A DNA stretch of 64,000 nucleotides from Perkinsela sp. CCAP 1560/9 (GCA_965644495.1 CBFFSA010000001.1:868001-932000), one strand, 5' to 3'. Numbered from the stretch's first letter, positions 44,272-56,009 are shown. Notes: a model not told the origin generated them from the sequence alone. Numbers and translations: made by a program.

Positions 44272-45168
44272 ATGACTGCAGCCTTGCGAAGAACGTACAG
44301 CATAGATGAGATGTATGCGATCGAACGTTCTATGAAATCGAAAGAAGGTACATCCGATGTCCAAACGGAATTGTCTTATTTTTATAATCCTTCCCGCGGC
44401 GTGCCAGTGAACAAGGTTCAATTACAGAAAACGCGATCTGTTGCTTCAAAAGATCACGAAACGTTTGAAATTGGAATGCAATACGAAGCTAATCAGCGCC
44501 AGAAATCCGAGAAAAAAGCTTTGAACCAAAGTCAGTCAGAAACGCATCCAGTAAATGAAGTTGATGCTCTTTTTTCGGGTACCCTTGAGGAAATCACGAA
44601 AGGCGTTCAGGACGCATCTTTAAAATCATTCGCGAAGGAGAAAGACACGATAGAGGATCGATTAAACGGCGATGTACCTTATTCTAATGTGTTTGAAGGC
44701 TCTTCTGAAACAATGTCCCCGAAGCAACTTTCACATAGAGAGCCATTTTCGAACACCGCTTCACCTCTGACGGCTGAGACTAAGTCTGCTGTTCAGGAAT
44801 TCGTTATTTATTCATCCATTCGAAATCTTCCAGGCCGCGTGCCAAAGCCAGATGCGGGTAAATCTCCGAAATTACTGTCTGAAGAAAGTGTTAACGCAAC
44901 ACATAAGCACGATTCTAATCCTCCTAAAAGCAGACAGAATCTTAGTTTTACTCAAGCCATAAAGAATTCAAGTACCTATCGAAAAGAAGGTGACAGAACA
45001 ACACCAGACGCATCACGTCTTTGTAATGAAGAACAGGTGCAGAAATCTATGACAAAGGCTGCAAACTCAACCACAGGTACACCAGCAGGTATTCCATTGT
45101 ACCAGCAGAACTCAAAGAAGACTGGAGGTTTTAACGTCTCCATGTTAAACACACTTTTAAAGAAATAA
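44272..45168 (+). CDS. Hypothetical, largely disordered protein with a possible N-terminal eIF4E-binding-like motif
   Basis: RRTYSIDEMYAI resembles YxxxxL-hydrophobic; Ser/Thr/Lys-rich remainder. Confidence 0.65.
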   Translation: MTAALRRTYSIDEMYAIERSMKSKEGTSDVQTELSYFYNPSRGVPVNKVQLQKTRSVASKDHETFEIGMQYEANQRQKSEKKALNQSQSETHPVNEVDALFSGTLEEITKGVQDASLKSFAKEKDTIEDRLNGDVPYSNVFEGSSETMSPKQLSHREPFSNTASPLTAETKSAVQEFVIYSSIRNLPGRVPKPDAGKSPKLLSEESVNATHKHDSNPPKSRQNLSFTQAIKNSSTYRKEGDRTTPDASRLCNEEQVQKSMTKAANSTTGTPAGIPLYQQNSKKTGGFNVSMLNTLLKK

Positions 45169-45786
45169 TTTGCCTAATCGCCTGCGCACTTGCATTTGAG
45201 TATCCTTCATTTTTGCAATTTTCAACGTCATTACTATTTGTCGGAGAATTCTAGGTAGTTATCGTGGTATCTAAAAACCGTTTCTCGGCTTAACGCATCA
45301 CAATATTTATGAAATAAATATTTGTTGTGAGATAATGTAAATGAGCTATGCATTTTAACCAAACCAATTTTGCTATTGGAACGACTGTTTTGTTAATGTT
45401 TCGACGAATTTGGCCAATGTGGGTTCTAACCATACAAGGGAGTTATCAACCCCTTATGCCATGGCCTATTTACTGTTCATCTTGCTTGTGTACCTGACAT
45501 GCAATTAGTCTGTCATGAACTACCTAGGACATTCCTTGCTTTTTCGCGGTATTTGTAGTCTTTCACTCTACCATAATGGTTATTCGTCACAGCAACAGGG
45601 ATACTAGAATCTCGGTGCGAGATATTTGATAAGTCTTTGATAACATTTTATATAAAAATGCGTGAAATAGAAATGGATTGTATAATTTAGTTTGAACGTT
45701 GAAGTACTCTCCTTAGCATTGATGCACACAGTTTCCCAAATTCCTATCTTTTCTTATCTTTATGATGCCTCTGTTCTTAGGTTAGT

Positions 45787-46752
45787 ATGTCTAACAGTAA
45801 ATTTTCTGGCGAAACTATCGCATCGTCCGGTGAGGTATTAGACTATTGGGAACAACGTCGAGTCGAGCAGAAATTGCGAAGACGCGAAGCGCAGGAACGT
45901 AAGAAGGAAACCATTATGAAGCGTTGGGAGGCCTTAACAGAGGAAGAGCGGAAGCACAAACGGGAAGCTCTTAGTCGCACTCGAGAAGAGCGCATCGCTA
46001 GGGAAGCTCAGAAAAAGCTTTCTTGTGACGCGAATATTGCTAAGAATGGTGAAATAGGGATTGTAGTTGATTTAGAATTCGAAGAGTTCATGACGGAGCA
46101 ACAGTGTAAATCCACAGCCTATCAAGTGCGCTCCGTATACGCCCTATGCCGTGCGACCGATTTCCGTTTGTGGCCATATTTCGTCGGGTTTACGAAGGAT
46201 GGTGCTCTGCACAAACAAATTTTGAATCAAAATCCGCATCATCTCCAGTGGCCCTGTGAGTTTCGACAGGAAACTCTTTCTCAAATTTGGCGTACCAATT
46301 TTTCTCGATTAATTTACTTGACGGCTGACAGCGATGCAATTCTTATAAATGTCAAATCAGGGCGAACAAGCAATGATGTAGAGGATGTTATCGATGACGC
46401 ATCCATCCATGAAGCTGGGAAGACTTCTACATATCATACTCGTCCGGATTCAGGCGCTGGCTATTGCAATCAAACATCACGTTTGGACATGTCACCTATT
46501 TATGTCGTGGGTGGCTTTGTGGACCGTAATCGACACAAGGGAGCAACACTTTCTAAGGCACGAGCGCTCGGAATCAGACATGCACGTCTACCCTTACAAG
46601 AGAATCTTCCACCGGGGGGATCCAACATGTGCAGAGTTCTTACCATAAATCACATAGTAGATACCCTGGCTCGAGTACTTCAAGGATCTTCCTGGACTGA
46701 TGCTTTCGACGGTGCACTTCCCCAGCGGTGTCGCTTGGACTTAACGGACTGA
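45787..46752 (+). CDS. TRM10: tRNA (purine-9-N1)-methyltransferase Trm10 (SPOUT family)
   Basis: IVVDLEFEEFM, LIYLTADS, YVVGGFVDRNRHKG, ARLPL, VLTINH, ALPQR. Confidence 0.93.
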   Translation: MSNSKFSGETIASSGEVLDYWEQRRVEQKLRRREAQERKKETIMKRWEALTEEERKHKREALSRTREERIAREAQKKLSCDANIAKNGEIGIVVDLEFEEFMTEQQCKSTAYQVRSVYALCRATDFRLWPYFVGFTKDGALHKQILNQNPHHLQWPCEFRQETLSQIWRTNFSRLIYLTADSDAILINVKSGRTSNDVEDVIDDASIHEAGKTSTYHTRPDSGAGYCNQTSRLDMSPIYVVGGFVDRNRHKGATLSKARALGIRHARLPLQENLPPGGSNMCRVLTINHIVDTLARVLQGSSWTDAFDGALPQRCRLDLTD

Positions 46753-47142
46753 GAAGCTTTGCACCGTTCAAACAAATACATATGATGCATACTGCAGTAT
46801 TCAGTATACTGCATACTGCATACAGTATATGCATACTGTATGTCCCCCCTGTATGAAGGAATACCAAGATATTCCTTATTGATGAGGGCTCTCTAGAGTT
46901 TCATGCATTCTTTTTTGTCATGCTTTTAGTGGATTTCTTCTTCCGTCAAGATGTTCATCGTGTAACACTTTTTTGTCGGCATGCTGGGATCTACACTGTA
47001 TTTTACCCTTCTCTTGCTGCACGTGAAGTATGCACGAAGTATTCACTCTGATAGAACTTCAATTTTTTAATTTTTCAAGTAGCCTTTCAAAAATTTCTCT
47101 TTTTATTTTTCATCTTTTTCTCTTCTTCGAACTTACAATTTA

Positions 47143-49047
47143 ATGAGTGAGGAGAGAGGAAGTCTTTTGGACGAAAGTATTGGTGATATTTTTCAGCATA
47201 CCGAAGAAGTATTTGAAGAATATGAAATTGATCCGGAAACCTCGGGAACTCAGCAGGAAATGAGATACATGAATGATGCACACCATGGTATGGAAGGAGA
47301 AGACTTACAAACTAACCTCGCACGAGATGTAAAAACTAGTCCTTTTGCCAGGGAACCGACTTTTACACCGGCATCTGTCTTAATGGCACAGGGTCCTCCT
47401 AGCCCCCCCGAAGAGTTGTGTGCAGTCTCCGTGTCACTTGCTGTAACGGAAGTAGAAGACGTCCAGACGCCAACCTCACAGAGACCAACCATTCTTAATG
47501 ACGAGCGTCACGTACATTTTTCGCCACAATTGGAAAAAGGGTCAATTTCTTCGTACGCGAGCAATCTATCTCCCGAAGACGCCTCTACCGGTTCCTCTTA
47601 TCCGTATTATTCTGCGGGCGAAACGCCGCGTCGGTCCTATGCGCGCGGTGATCTAGGTTTTCTTGATTCTCACCTTACGCACAATTCAGGTTCTCCAGAA
47701 TTCAAGCAGAAATACGATGAACTGCAAGCTAAATGTGAAATAATTTTGGGACGAATGAAAGACGCTGAAACTGCTTTGTATGAGAACGAAAATCACTGTG
47801 CTCTGTTAAAAGAACAGGGTGAGAATCGATTGCGTGATCATAAACTTCGTTTGGAGTACGAACTGCAGCCCACGATGAGTCGGTGTGAAGCAGAAGTTAC
47901 TGTCATGAGCAAACAAATATTATCCCGGCATGAAGAGGCTGTACAACTCGAACAAACAATTGCAAATCTGAAGACTTCTATTGAACAATCGAAAACTTAT
48001 GCAATTGAAGAAAACAGTCGCCTACTAAATGAAATAGATCAATGTTGCACTACTCTCTGTGTATTGCAACAGCAACAAGAAGAAAACGAGAGATGTGAGG
48101 GAAACGCGTTACAAGAATTATCCGAATTGCAAAAGAAATGCTCGATCTTGCTAGAAACACCCGGTTACGCATTGCCATATGCTGAGGTAGCGCGTTCCTA
48201 CGTGGAAGGGAAAACTTCTCATTGGGACAAAACTGAGCAACAGTTAAACAAAATTGTCGCCTCATGCGCTGAGCGATTAACCGCTTGTGACAAGGCACAA
48301 ATCGAGAAGAGAGCCAGAATTAAGGCATCTGTAAAACAAACGAAATTTCATCGAAAATCTGAAAATAGTCAATGTGCCGAACAGTTGAAGCTGATCCTGA
48401 TGGCGAAGGAAGATTTCGAAGGGCGCCTCAGAGACGTCCAAAAAAGAACTTTGAAAGTCACAGAGCATTTATCGGACTTGCGAGCGCAGCATGTTGAGAG
48501 CATAGAGCATCTAGAGGAAGAGCTTTCAGCCCGTTCACGAGAACGAATCGCTTTACAAGAATCATTAGATCAATCATCTCAGACGGAGAATTACTCTCTC
48601 TTGCATCTACCACAAATAAATACCGAACCCAGTATCACACACCTAGATTTTGGTTCCACTGCAGAAATGCCCACCGTACCTCAGAGCATGCAACCAAGAG
48701 TCCAAGAGGAGAGCCAAATGCTGCAAACTTCGATTATGAATGCCGAAAAAGAGAAAAAAACTCTTGAAGAATCTCGTAACGAGCTGGGTTTGAAGCTGGC
48801 GGAAGCAAAGGCCGCGCTTCGCCGCGAAAAGGCCTTCGCTTGTTTGCATAACGTAGAGGGCGTGACAATGACACCTCATCGCCCGACACAAATCGAGAGT
48901 TGTGGGTCACCTATCAAATCCGCCCGTAAAGAATCATCTTCGGAAGAAATTAGGTTGCCATCGCCAGAGGAAATGAAGACCCCAACGCGTAAGCGTCGCA
49001 CTGCTCAGCGGGAGGGCAAAAAGAAACCTCGAAAAAAACGTCGTTAG
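47143..49047 (+). CDS. Coiled-coil protein with basic C-terminal tail
   Basis: Long E/Q/K/L heptad region; ends KKKPRKKRR (NLS-like). Confidence 0.75.
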   Translation: MSEERGSLLDESIGDIFQHTEEVFEEYEIDPETSGTQQEMRYMNDAHHGMEGEDLQTNLARDVKTSPFAREPTFTPASVLMAQGPPSPPEELCAVSVSLAVTEVEDVQTPTSQRPTILNDERHVHFSPQLEKGSISSYASNLSPEDASTGSSYPYYSAGETPRRSYARGDLGFLDSHLTHNSGSPEFKQKYDELQAKCEIILGRMKDAETALYENENHCALLKEQGENRLRDHKLRLEYELQPTMSRCEAEVTVMSKQILSRHEEAVQLEQTIANLKTSIEQSKTYAIEENSRLLNEIDQCCTTLCVLQQQQEENERCEGNALQELSELQKKCSILLETPGYALPYAEVARSYVEGKTSHWDKTEQQLNKIVASCAERLTACDKAQIEKRARIKASVKQTKFHRKSENSQCAEQLKLILMAKEDFEGRLRDVQKRTLKVTEHLSDLRAQHVESIEHLEEELSARSRERIALQESLDQSSQTENYSLLHLPQINTEPSITHLDFGSTAEMPTVPQSMQPRVQEESQMLQTSIMNAEKEKKTLEESRNELGLKLAEAKAALRREKAFACLHNVEGVTMTPHRPTQIESCGSPIKSARKESSSEEIRLPSPEEMKTPTRKRRTAQREGKKKPRKKRR

Positions 49048-49337
49048 ATGGTTCCAAACGTATATGATATACGGAGAGATATAATATCTCTCCGAACGTG
49101 TATATCTCTATTTTTCGGTGCCGCTTCAGTTGCACTTGTCTTTTGAGAAACGGCTTGTAAGTATGAAATCATTGTCTTCTGTCTCCAATTTCATCTAGGG
49201 TACTCTTTCTTGTATCCTAGGATAAGAATATCTATTTGGAGCTTCACAAAATGAAACAGGTCATCTTTAAATTATACGCTATCTTCAATCATTACCTCAA
49301 AATCCTGAATATATTCATTCTAGTTCGTACTCCTGTG

Positions 49338-50864
49338 ATGGATGTTGATGAATTTGGTTCCGAAAGCGTCGCACCCTGTGTGGAGCAACCAGCCCATTTC
49401 AATGAGACGTTGCCCACTGTGATGTGCTGTCTTTGTGGGATAGCGATCCCAAGTAATCCAACAAATATGTGTGCCAATTGCATCCGATCCAACATTGACA
49501 TAACCTCTGGCTTCCCCAAGGAGAGCACCCTATCCTACTGTCGCAGCTGTGAGCGCTATTTGCAACCCCCCAAGTTTTGGATGAAAGCCCCTTTCGAGTC
49601 CAAAGAAATGATGGGACTATGTCTCAAACGAGTCAAGGGTCTGGCAAAGGTTAAACTCGTCGACGCCACCTTTTTGTGGACCGAGCCTCACTCCAAGCGC
49701 GTTAAACTTCGCCTGACCATTCAAAAAGAGCTCTTTGACGACGCTGTCGTGCGCCAGGGCTTCGTGGTGGAATACACCATCCACAACCAGCAATGTGAGA
49801 TGTGTCAACGCATTGCCACGGGACAACCTCAGTGGGACGCTGTCGTGCAGCTCAGGCAGAAGGTTCCCCATCGTCGTACCTTTCTCTACCTCGAGCAAAT
49901 CATTTTAAAACATGAAATGCACCGGGAGTGTACCCGCATCGAGATGCAGCCTGATGGGCTGGATTTTTTCTTTGCGCACCGTATGCACGGGCTGCGGTTT
50001 CTGGAATTCGTCCAGGGTCAGGTCCCACTGCAGCGTAAAGACTCCGTGCAGCTGGTGACTACGGATGTGAAAAGTAACACCGCGGAGACCCACACAACGT
50101 ACTCTGCAGAAATTGCTCCGATATGTCGTGAGGATCTGGTGTTTCTCCCAACTAAGATATGCCGAGCTCTCGGGGGGCTCGGTCCCCTGGTGCTTTGTCA
50201 TAAAGTTCACTCCCATCTGGTGTTCCTGGAACCGCTGTCGTTACGGGTAGGGGATATGATGGGTACGCGGTTTTGGAAAATGCCGTTTCGATCGGTCGCC
50301 TCCTCGAGACAACTGGTAGAGTTCTATGTTATTGATCTGCGAATCCTCCCTGGGCGTGAGCACGGTAAACTACAGCTTGCGGACGCTACGGTGTGTTTGG
50401 CGAGTGAGATTGGACAAGGACGTGAGTGGATTACCAAAACCCACCTGGGACATCAGCTTCGTCCCGGGGATAGCGCGATGGGATATTTGTGTTCCGCGTT
50501 GAATAGCAACCACGAGGAGTTTGCACAGTATATGAACTCTTCGAAGGCACAGACGGACGTGATTTTGGTGCATAAATTTTATCCGGATTACGCCGCCAGA
50601 CGACGAAGACGAAAGTGGAAGCTTCGTTCGCTTCGCAAAGAGAAGACAACGGGAAATCCGGAGGAACATCAGGAAGAGCTAGATGAATTCATGGATGACT
50701 TGGAAAGAGATCAAGAGTATCGAAAAGATGTGCAAATCTTTATGCGATCACGGCAAGCAGACGTACCTCCAGAAAATCAAAATGTTGAACTAGACGAGGA
50801 GGAAGACCTTAGCATTTGCTCTGACATCGAGGCCTTAAAAATAGATGAAGAAGATATGCCATGA
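49338..50864 (+). CDS. NMD3: 60S ribosomal export adaptor NMD3
   Basis: CCLCG..I.SNPTNMCANC, CRSCERYLQPP, LVDATFLWTEPHSKRVKL, AVVQLRQKVPHRRTFLYLEQ. Confidence 0.97.
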   Translation: MDVDEFGSESVAPCVEQPAHFNETLPTVMCCLCGIAIPSNPTNMCANCIRSNIDITSGFPKESTLSYCRSCERYLQPPKFWMKAPFESKEMMGLCLKRVKGLAKVKLVDATFLWTEPHSKRVKLRLTIQKELFDDAVVRQGFVVEYTIHNQQCEMCQRIATGQPQWDAVVQLRQKVPHRRTFLYLEQIILKHEMHRECTRIEMQPDGLDFFFAHRMHGLRFLEFVQGQVPLQRKDSVQLVTTDVKSNTAETHTTYSAEIAPICREDLVFLPTKICRALGGLGPLVLCHKVHSHLVFLEPLSLRVGDMMGTRFWKMPFRSVASSRQLVEFYVIDLRILPGREHGKLQLADATVCLASEIGQGREWITKTHLGHQLRPGDSAMGYLCSALNSNHEEFAQYMNSSKAQTDVILVHKFYPDYAARRRRRKWKLRSLRKEKTTGNPEEHQEELDEFMDDLERDQEYRKDVQIFMRSRQADVPPENQNVELDEEEDLSICSDIEALKIDEEDMP

Positions 50865-51208
50865 AGTACGAAAAATATAGTGTCCTGACCATGCGAAAGA
50901 CCATGCGAAACGATAAACCTACTCAGTATGTTAACCTTACTTTGCAAGTTACAGTGGATACTCAGACTAACACGCTCAGTAAGCTACATTGCTTGTGTAA
51001 CTCTCGGAATATGCAAGGGAGGGGTAGGGTGGGAAGCCAAAGAAGGCACCAAGAGATAAGAATTTTCCTTTAAACGAAAGTTTCGCTTTGAATCGTAAAT
51101 CCCCCTCAATACTTTCGAAGTTGTTTTTTTAATTTGGAGGGAGGCCCTTGCTTCCTGCAGATGTGCGAATCACTACAATCACGTTTTGTCTATAGTTTTA
51201 TTGTACTA

Positions 51209-51841
51209 ATGTCAGTTCCAAGTAATGAAATGGAGTATACTCCGCCAATTATCCCTAAAACAAACGAAGAACGTTTCAAAGAACTTCTCGTCATGCGGCA
51301 ACAGTGTCTTCAAAAAAACATTGAATCAGCCGAACTTCTTGCCAAAAATGTAGGGAGAGATAAACAAAGAGCAGAACAAGCAGCAACAAATTCAGTCGTC
51401 ATACAACTTGAAGATATCCCCACCACAGCGAGCGACAAAGAAAAAACAAATAAAAATGAGAAACCCAAGTTGAGTGCTACAAACTGGGAACGCCTACGTG
51501 GTTCAAAGGAAGCTCCTAAACGACTTCACCCGGTAGACCGCGAGAGACTCATGAGCTCCACATTATTGGCCTCCGAAGCTGCGTCGGAGGAATATTCCAA
51601 AGCTCTCCGTAGATTATACGCCTCTGTGAAAGTATCCGACCTGCGCCAAAGTACTCTTGAGGCAGCGAGCAACAGAGTCAAGGAGGAAGCGCTACGTGTA
51701 GAAGAGAAGCGTGACAAGGAGCGCGATGCCAAGAAGAGTGCCCATGCCCTAGGTGATGGGGATATATTTGTCCGCAATTCGAACCAAGGATTTGCTCAAA
51801 AGATATTGCGTGAATATGGTAGCGCGCTTCAACCCTCATGA
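51209..51841 (+). CDS. SYF2-like splicing factor (divergent)
   Basis: ERFKELLVMR..N at the N-terminus and DIFVRNSNQGFAQKILREYG resembling the SYF2 D.yINerN..FnkKl.R.Yg motif. Confidence 0.55.
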   Translation: MSVPSNEMEYTPPIIPKTNEERFKELLVMRQQCLQKNIESAELLAKNVGRDKQRAEQAATNSVVIQLEDIPTTASDKEKTNKNEKPKLSATNWERLRGSKEAPKRLHPVDRERLMSSTLLASEAASEEYSKALRRLYASVKVSDLRQSTLEAASNRVKEEALRVEEKRDKERDAKKSAHALGDGDIFVRNSNQGFAQKILREYGSALQPS

Positions 51842-52655
51842 GTTCCAATTTTGCAAGGATGTCAAACAAATTTGTTTCGAGGGGACATTCACATAGCAGG
51901 TCTGTTATAAACGCAAGCTGCTCTTTACAAAAAAAATCCCGATCAGGAGCCCAATGTAACATCCCAATGAATCGCAGGATTAGATATAATGTACGATTGA
52001 GGAACTTGGGAGTGTATCATCAGACGAAGTGCGATGAAGAGATGAGACCGAGGTTTTCGTACATTCGTACTTGTAGCCTCCGTCTCAACGCGTGTCAAGA
52101 CTTTTTTGATCTATACTCACTGTTTAAACCGCCGAATACCCCCCGAATGCCTTCTGCAGTGCACTGATTTGGAAGAATATTCTATTCTCAGGTGTGTTAC
52201 TGTGATGGGTTGTTGTTGCGATTGTTTGTAGTTGTCGGGATATGGCAACATGGCCGATGCTTGTAGTAGAAGCATTGCTATGTAAATTCTACAACTTTGA
52301 TAGAGAGACTTTGATAGAGAGAGAAGTTGGAGCATGAAAATTGTTTCCGGCATGCTTATTATGCTTTGATGCCGATTACTTTTTTTGCCCTCCTTTTTTA
52401 CCAAGGAGTTTTTAGCGTCGCTTTGTCAAAACGGTCAGCATTAGGATGGGGAGGAGATGGGGGATTACTTTAGGAGTATGGCGTGTGCTGGCGAATTCAT
52501 TCGTGAAACCTTTTCCTGATAGTGATAGATTATCCTGATAATGACAGTGATAGATTATCTGTATGCATCGTAGTAAATACACGTCATTCACGAATTCATA
52601 TCAAATACGTATGATTCATTATTCTGCTACATGCAATTTCTAGAAACTTTTTTAA

Positions 52656-55600
52656 ATGAGCGTGCTGACTGTAAATAAACACGGCAGTTGGATTCCTCTT
52701 CATAACGAAAAAAAGCGCGCAAAAGAGCGTAGATACATGGTTGGTTACGCTCCGTCTAGTCGAGCACGTTGTCGCAAGTGTAGTGAGGCAATCGAAAAAG
52801 GATGTCCCCGATTCGGGGTTCCAATTCGAGATCCTCGAGGAGAGCACGGGTATATTTCAGCATGGCAGCATTTTCAGTGCACTCGAGTTGAGGACGAAGA
52901 TCTTGATTTCGATCTCCACGTTTATGGATTTGATCAGTTAACGGATGAACACCAGGCGCTTCTCCGTACCGAGGCTCTTAATCCTACTCAACCAGCACAT
53001 TTTCACGAACTTGATCCTGATGAAATTGTAAAAAGAGGGCCACTGCGTGCGCGAGAACCCCCACCGACACTTACACAGCACTTGTTGCCGTATCAAAAGG
53101 AAGGCTTTGGTTGGATGTGCGAACAAGAAGAAGCCGCTGAGTCGGCAGATCTTTCAACCGCGCGTTCTGCTGTTCGTGGAGGACTGCTGGCCGACGAAAT
53201 GGGAATGGGAAAAACGATTCAAACTGTGGCACTCCTTTTAGAGCGACGAGGCTACGGTCCCACTCTTGTTGTGTGTCCTCTTTCTTCAATGTTACAATGG
53301 AAGGAGGAAATAGCGAATTACACGGAACCAGGTTCTCTGCGAGTTCTTGTTTTTCATGGAAGTGAGAAAGTTTTACCTTCCTCCGAAGATATACTTCGCG
53401 CAGATGTGGTTCTCACGACATACCATACAATTGAAGCACAATGGCGTAAACTGACGGCAGAGAAAAAAATAAAGTGTTCCTACTGTGGGAAAGCCTTTCT
53501 GCCTCGAAAGATGGCTGTTCATTTGAAATATTACTGCGGCCCCGACGCTGCCAAAACACTGAAACAACGCAAACAAGAGAAAAAACAAAGCTCGCAGACT
53601 GTACAGAAGGGTTTGCGCTCGCTGAAGGTTGTTGGAGAAAACGAAGCGATAGTAGAGGCATCGCGCGAAGTTGATGGTAGAAGTCTTGCTTCAAATTATG
53701 AAAGTGATACTCTTGTACAGCGGTTCCTTACCCGTAGAAAAAACGTTGTCAGCCATCTAACCAAAAACGAAACTACGAATAGCGCAAAAGAATCGGTGAA
53801 ATCAGAAAATATCGAAAACATTCAGAAAAAGATGGGAACACCTATGGCAATATATCGAGAACTGATGGCAGATGCTGGTCGGCGAGCATACAGTCGTTTC
53901 GATCGCCGAGATTATATCATGAAGGCCGAAAATGAGAACAGCCAAAAGGAGGGAAGCGAGTTGCTCAAGCATTCAAATTCATCCCCTAAAACTAAAGTTA
54001 AAGGGCTTAAAAGTGCTCAGGGAAAACCTGCAAGCCTAACAGCAAAAGAAATTATTAAAAATGAAGGACAAAACTCACTTTGCGAAGATACCAACTCTGT
54101 TGCAGTAAAATCCGAAGAAGAACCATTGGAGATAGTTGAATGTAATGACGTTGAGACTGAAGCTTGTCTGAGAAGTTCTGCAAAATCTAAGCCTTCACAG
54201 AAGCGATTACCGGAACCCACTTTCAGAGTATCTGACTGTCTCAAAGATTCAACCGATTCTGACGATGATAAGCCATTTCTTCAAAGGGTGAAGACAAACT
54301 TTCGCAAGGATTGGGAATTCAAACAGGCGGAAGACCGTGATAATGCACCTTTGCCAGAAGATGAAGCTGACATAGAAGGATTTGAAGGTGTCCCACTAGA
54401 TTTCTCACGAAGTGTAGTACATGGGATTCAATGGTACCGTATTGTCTTAGATGAAGCACACAAGATTAAGAGCAAGACCACATCAACAGCGCGCGGAATC
54501 TTTGCACTTCGGGGATCCTTTAAGTGGTGTCTGACTGGTACTCCTTTACAGAACCGAGTTGGAGAGCTATACAGTCTTATTCGATTTATTAGAGTGCCAA
54601 AATTTTCACGATACTACTGCCAGGCAAGCGACTGTAAATGTACCACACTGGCTTATCCGTTTACGTGGAAACAACACCGGCGATGCATTCAATGCGGGCA
54701 TGGTCCTTTGCAGCATTATGGCTATTTCAACAAGCATGTACTGAATCCGATTCGTCGTTACGGATACATAGGTGATGGACGCAAAGGTCTTCTTACGCTT
54801 AAGGAGAAGGTTTTAGATCAGGTAATGCTTCGGCGCACAAAGAGCGAACGAAGCGCTGATTTAAATCTTGATGCTTTACAAGTGAGTGTTTCTTATGTAG
54901 AATTGCGTCTTGAGGAACGTGATTTTTATGAATCCCTTTACAAGCGCAGTGAGGCCAAATTTGATACTTTCGTAAAGAAGGGAACGCTACTGAATAATTA
55001 TGCTCATATTTTTGATCTTCTGTCAAGCCTTAGGCAGGCGCTTGATCATCCTTATATCGTACTGTACCGTGCAGGCAGTGCAGAGCTGCCAGAGAAAGGA
55101 ACTGCAACATCAAATCCCGCGCTTGACATTTGTGCGTTATGTCAAGACCTGGTTTCTCCTTCGCATGTAACATCAACGAAGCCTTGCCTTCATACGTTTC
55201 ACCGTAACTGTCTTTATGAGTACATATCACAAGCTCCACAAGGAGATATTGGATGCCCTCGTTGTTTTTCACCTTTGACATTAGATCTTAACTCTATTCG
55301 AGCTTCTAAAGAAGAGGAAAGTAATTCAAGTAGTAGTGAAGACGAAGAAATTCGTCCCATTCCGCCCCCGCAACTACCTCAGGAAAACGAACCTCAAGGA
55401 CTTCCATCCCTACCAAAGAGTGGTGAATCCAAAGCACTTCTGCGGGGACGCAGGAATATCTTGCAACGAGTAGACACATCAAAATTTGAGTCATCATCCA
55501 AGCTTGAGAAAATAACATCACTGATTTTAAGACTTCCAGATCAGGATAAAGCTATAATATTCTCTCAATATGCCAATATGTTAGACCTCGTTGAGTGGAG

Positions 55601-56009
55601 ACTTCAGAAAGAGAAAGTGCAAACGACGAAGCTCCTTGGTTCAATGCCTTTGGTAATGCGGCAATCAATGCTTTCCAAGTTTCGAAATCCGGAAAGCAGT
55701 GTTAAAGTAATGCTAATATCCCTGAAGGCTGGTGGCGAAGGACTAAACTTACAGGTTGCAAATCATGTATTTCTCATTGACCCATGGTGGAATCCTGCGG
55801 TTGAAATGCAGGCCGCACAGAGAGTGCACCGTATAGGACAATGTAAGAAAGTGTACGTCACGCGTTTTATTACTCGGGATACGATCGAGGAGCGCATGCT
55901 GGAGCTTCAACAAAAGAAACAGCTTGTGTTTGAGGGTACTATAGATGCACAGCGAAATTCTATTGCGAAGCTTACAGAAGAAGATTTACGTTTTCTGTTC
56001 AGTCGATAG
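52656..56009 (+). CDS. RAD16: RAD16-like SNF2 helicase with N-terminal PARP-type zinc finger and RING
   Basis: YAPSSRARCRKC..WQHFQC; GGLLADEMGMGKT; LDEAH; LTGTPLQN; RING CALC..CLHTFHRNC..CPRC; SLKAGGEGLNL, DPWWNP, RVHRIGQ. Confidence 0.92.
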   Translation: MSVLTVNKHGSWIPLHNEKKRAKERRYMVGYAPSSRARCRKCSEAIEKGCPRFGVPIRDPRGEHGYISAWQHFQCTRVEDEDLDFDLHVYGFDQLTDEHQALLRTEALNPTQPAHFHELDPDEIVKRGPLRAREPPPTLTQHLLPYQKEGFGWMCEQEEAAESADLSTARSAVRGGLLADEMGMGKTIQTVALLLERRGYGPTLVVCPLSSMLQWKEEIANYTEPGSLRVLVFHGSEKVLPSSEDILRADVVLTTYHTIEAQWRKLTAEKKIKCSYCGKAFLPRKMAVHLKYYCGPDAAKTLKQRKQEKKQSSQTVQKGLRSLKVVGENEAIVEASREVDGRSLASNYESDTLVQRFLTRRKNVVSHLTKNETTNSAKESVKSENIENIQKKMGTPMAIYRELMADAGRRAYSRFDRRDYIMKAENENSQKEGSELLKHSNSSPKTKVKGLKSAQGKPASLTAKEIIKNEGQNSLCEDTNSVAVKSEEEPLEIVECNDVETEACLRSSAKSKPSQKRLPEPTFRVSDCLKDSTDSDDDKPFLQRVKTNFRKDWEFKQAEDRDNAPLPEDEADIEGFEGVPLDFSRSVVHGIQWYRIVLDEAHKIKSKTTSTARGIFALRGSFKWCLTGTPLQNRVGELYSLIRFIRVPKFSRYYCQASDCKCTTLAYPFTWKQHRRCIQCGHGPLQHYGYFNKHVLNPIRRYGYIGDGRKGLLTLKEKVLDQVMLRRTKSERSADLNLDALQVSVSYVELRLEERDFYESLYKRSEAKFDTFVKKGTLLNNYAHIFDLLSSLRQALDHPYIVLYRAGSAELPEKGTATSNPALDICALCQDLVSPSHVTSTKPCLHTFHRNCLYEYISQAPQGDIGCPRCFSPLTLDLNSIRASKEEESNSSSSEDEEIRPIPPPQLPQENEPQGLPSLPKSGESKALLRGRRNILQRVDTSKFESSSKLEKITSLILRLPDQDKAIIFSQYANMLDLVEWRLQKEKVQTTKLLGSMPLVMRQSMLSKFRNPESSVKVMLISLKAGGEGLNLQVANHVFLIDPWWNPAVEMQAAQRVHRIGQCKKVYVTRFITRDTIEERMLELQQKKQLVFEGTIDAQRNSIAKLTEEDLRFLFSR

